A stretch of DNA of 63,963 nt, the filler included, from Lama guanicoe (Eukaryota), in the NCBI GenBank assembly GCA_013239625.1. It is 76 parts of 74 records of this genome, joined end to end, with 100 filler letters (N's around TTAATTAATTAA, not from the genome) between each part and the next. Parts side by side here need not be neighbours in the genome. Positions count along the whole stretch, not along the records: positions 63,826 to 63,963 come from MU054273.1; 75 more parts are not named here. One strand, 5' to 3'. A program made the translations under genes and the position numbers. How positions within the stretch are numbered: the stretch's first letter is position 1; every line of letters begins with the position of its first letter. This document shows positions 63,726 through 63,963 of this stretch, in pieces. The notes under the pieces are model-generated. The model had not been told where the DNA came from. It worked only from the letters and a program-made list of their open reading frames with translations, and searched no databases.

Positions 63726-63963
63726 NNNNNNNNNNNNNNNNNNNNNNNNNNNNNNNNNNNNNNNNNNNNTTAATTAATTAANNNNNNNNNNNNNNNNNNN
63801 NNNNNNNNNNNNNNNNNNNNNNNNNTTTTTTTTTGAAAATGTTAAGGTTTATCAGTAGGTGGTAAGTACTATCAAAAAGAGTAGAGTGGAGCATAAGGAG
63901 TGGAGATTCAAAAAGAAAAGTGCAGGTTGAGCAGTCAGGGTGGATTTCCAAGAGCAGGTGGCC

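Noticed and set aside
1179..63781. Regularly recurring TTAATTAATTAA palindrome as a CRISPR-like repeat, recombination site or regulatory element
   Set aside because: Always centred in exactly 88 Ns between unrelated fragments of variable length. It is a synthetic six-frame stop linker.

Overview
This window is not a contiguous locus. It is an artificial concatenation of about 76 very short (0.2-1.6 kb), often internally gapped mammalian scaffolds, each joined by an identical 100-bp linker (N44-TTAATTAATTAA-N44). Adjacency between fragments therefore has no biological meaning, and most ORFs in the supplied track are N-run or satellite artefacts. The content is typical of the unplaced fraction of a short-read mammalian assembly. 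It holds three tandem satellite families: an AT-rich 7-bp-based TTCTATA satellite in 13 scaffolds, a CpG-rich 267-bp satellite and a ~249-bp satellite. The last two each have a much more diverged sister subfamily. There are also many LINE-1 fragments, L2 and MIR relics and one or two LTR-like pieces. Two gene-derived sequences are recognisable: a decayed copy of the first coding exon of TRAPPC9 with both splice sites intact (2140-2707), and an immunoglobulin lambda V (IGLV3-type) pseudogene with its promoter (49429-50236). The repeat complement suggests a camelid (alpaca, llama or camel), which is an inference and not verified. I found no intact protein-coding gene, RNA gene or CRISPR array, and no evidence for a novel multi-gene system. 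The most interesting signals are the TRAPPC9 pseudo-exon, the nested periodicity and subfamily layering of the satellites, and an isolated 12-RSS-like motif.
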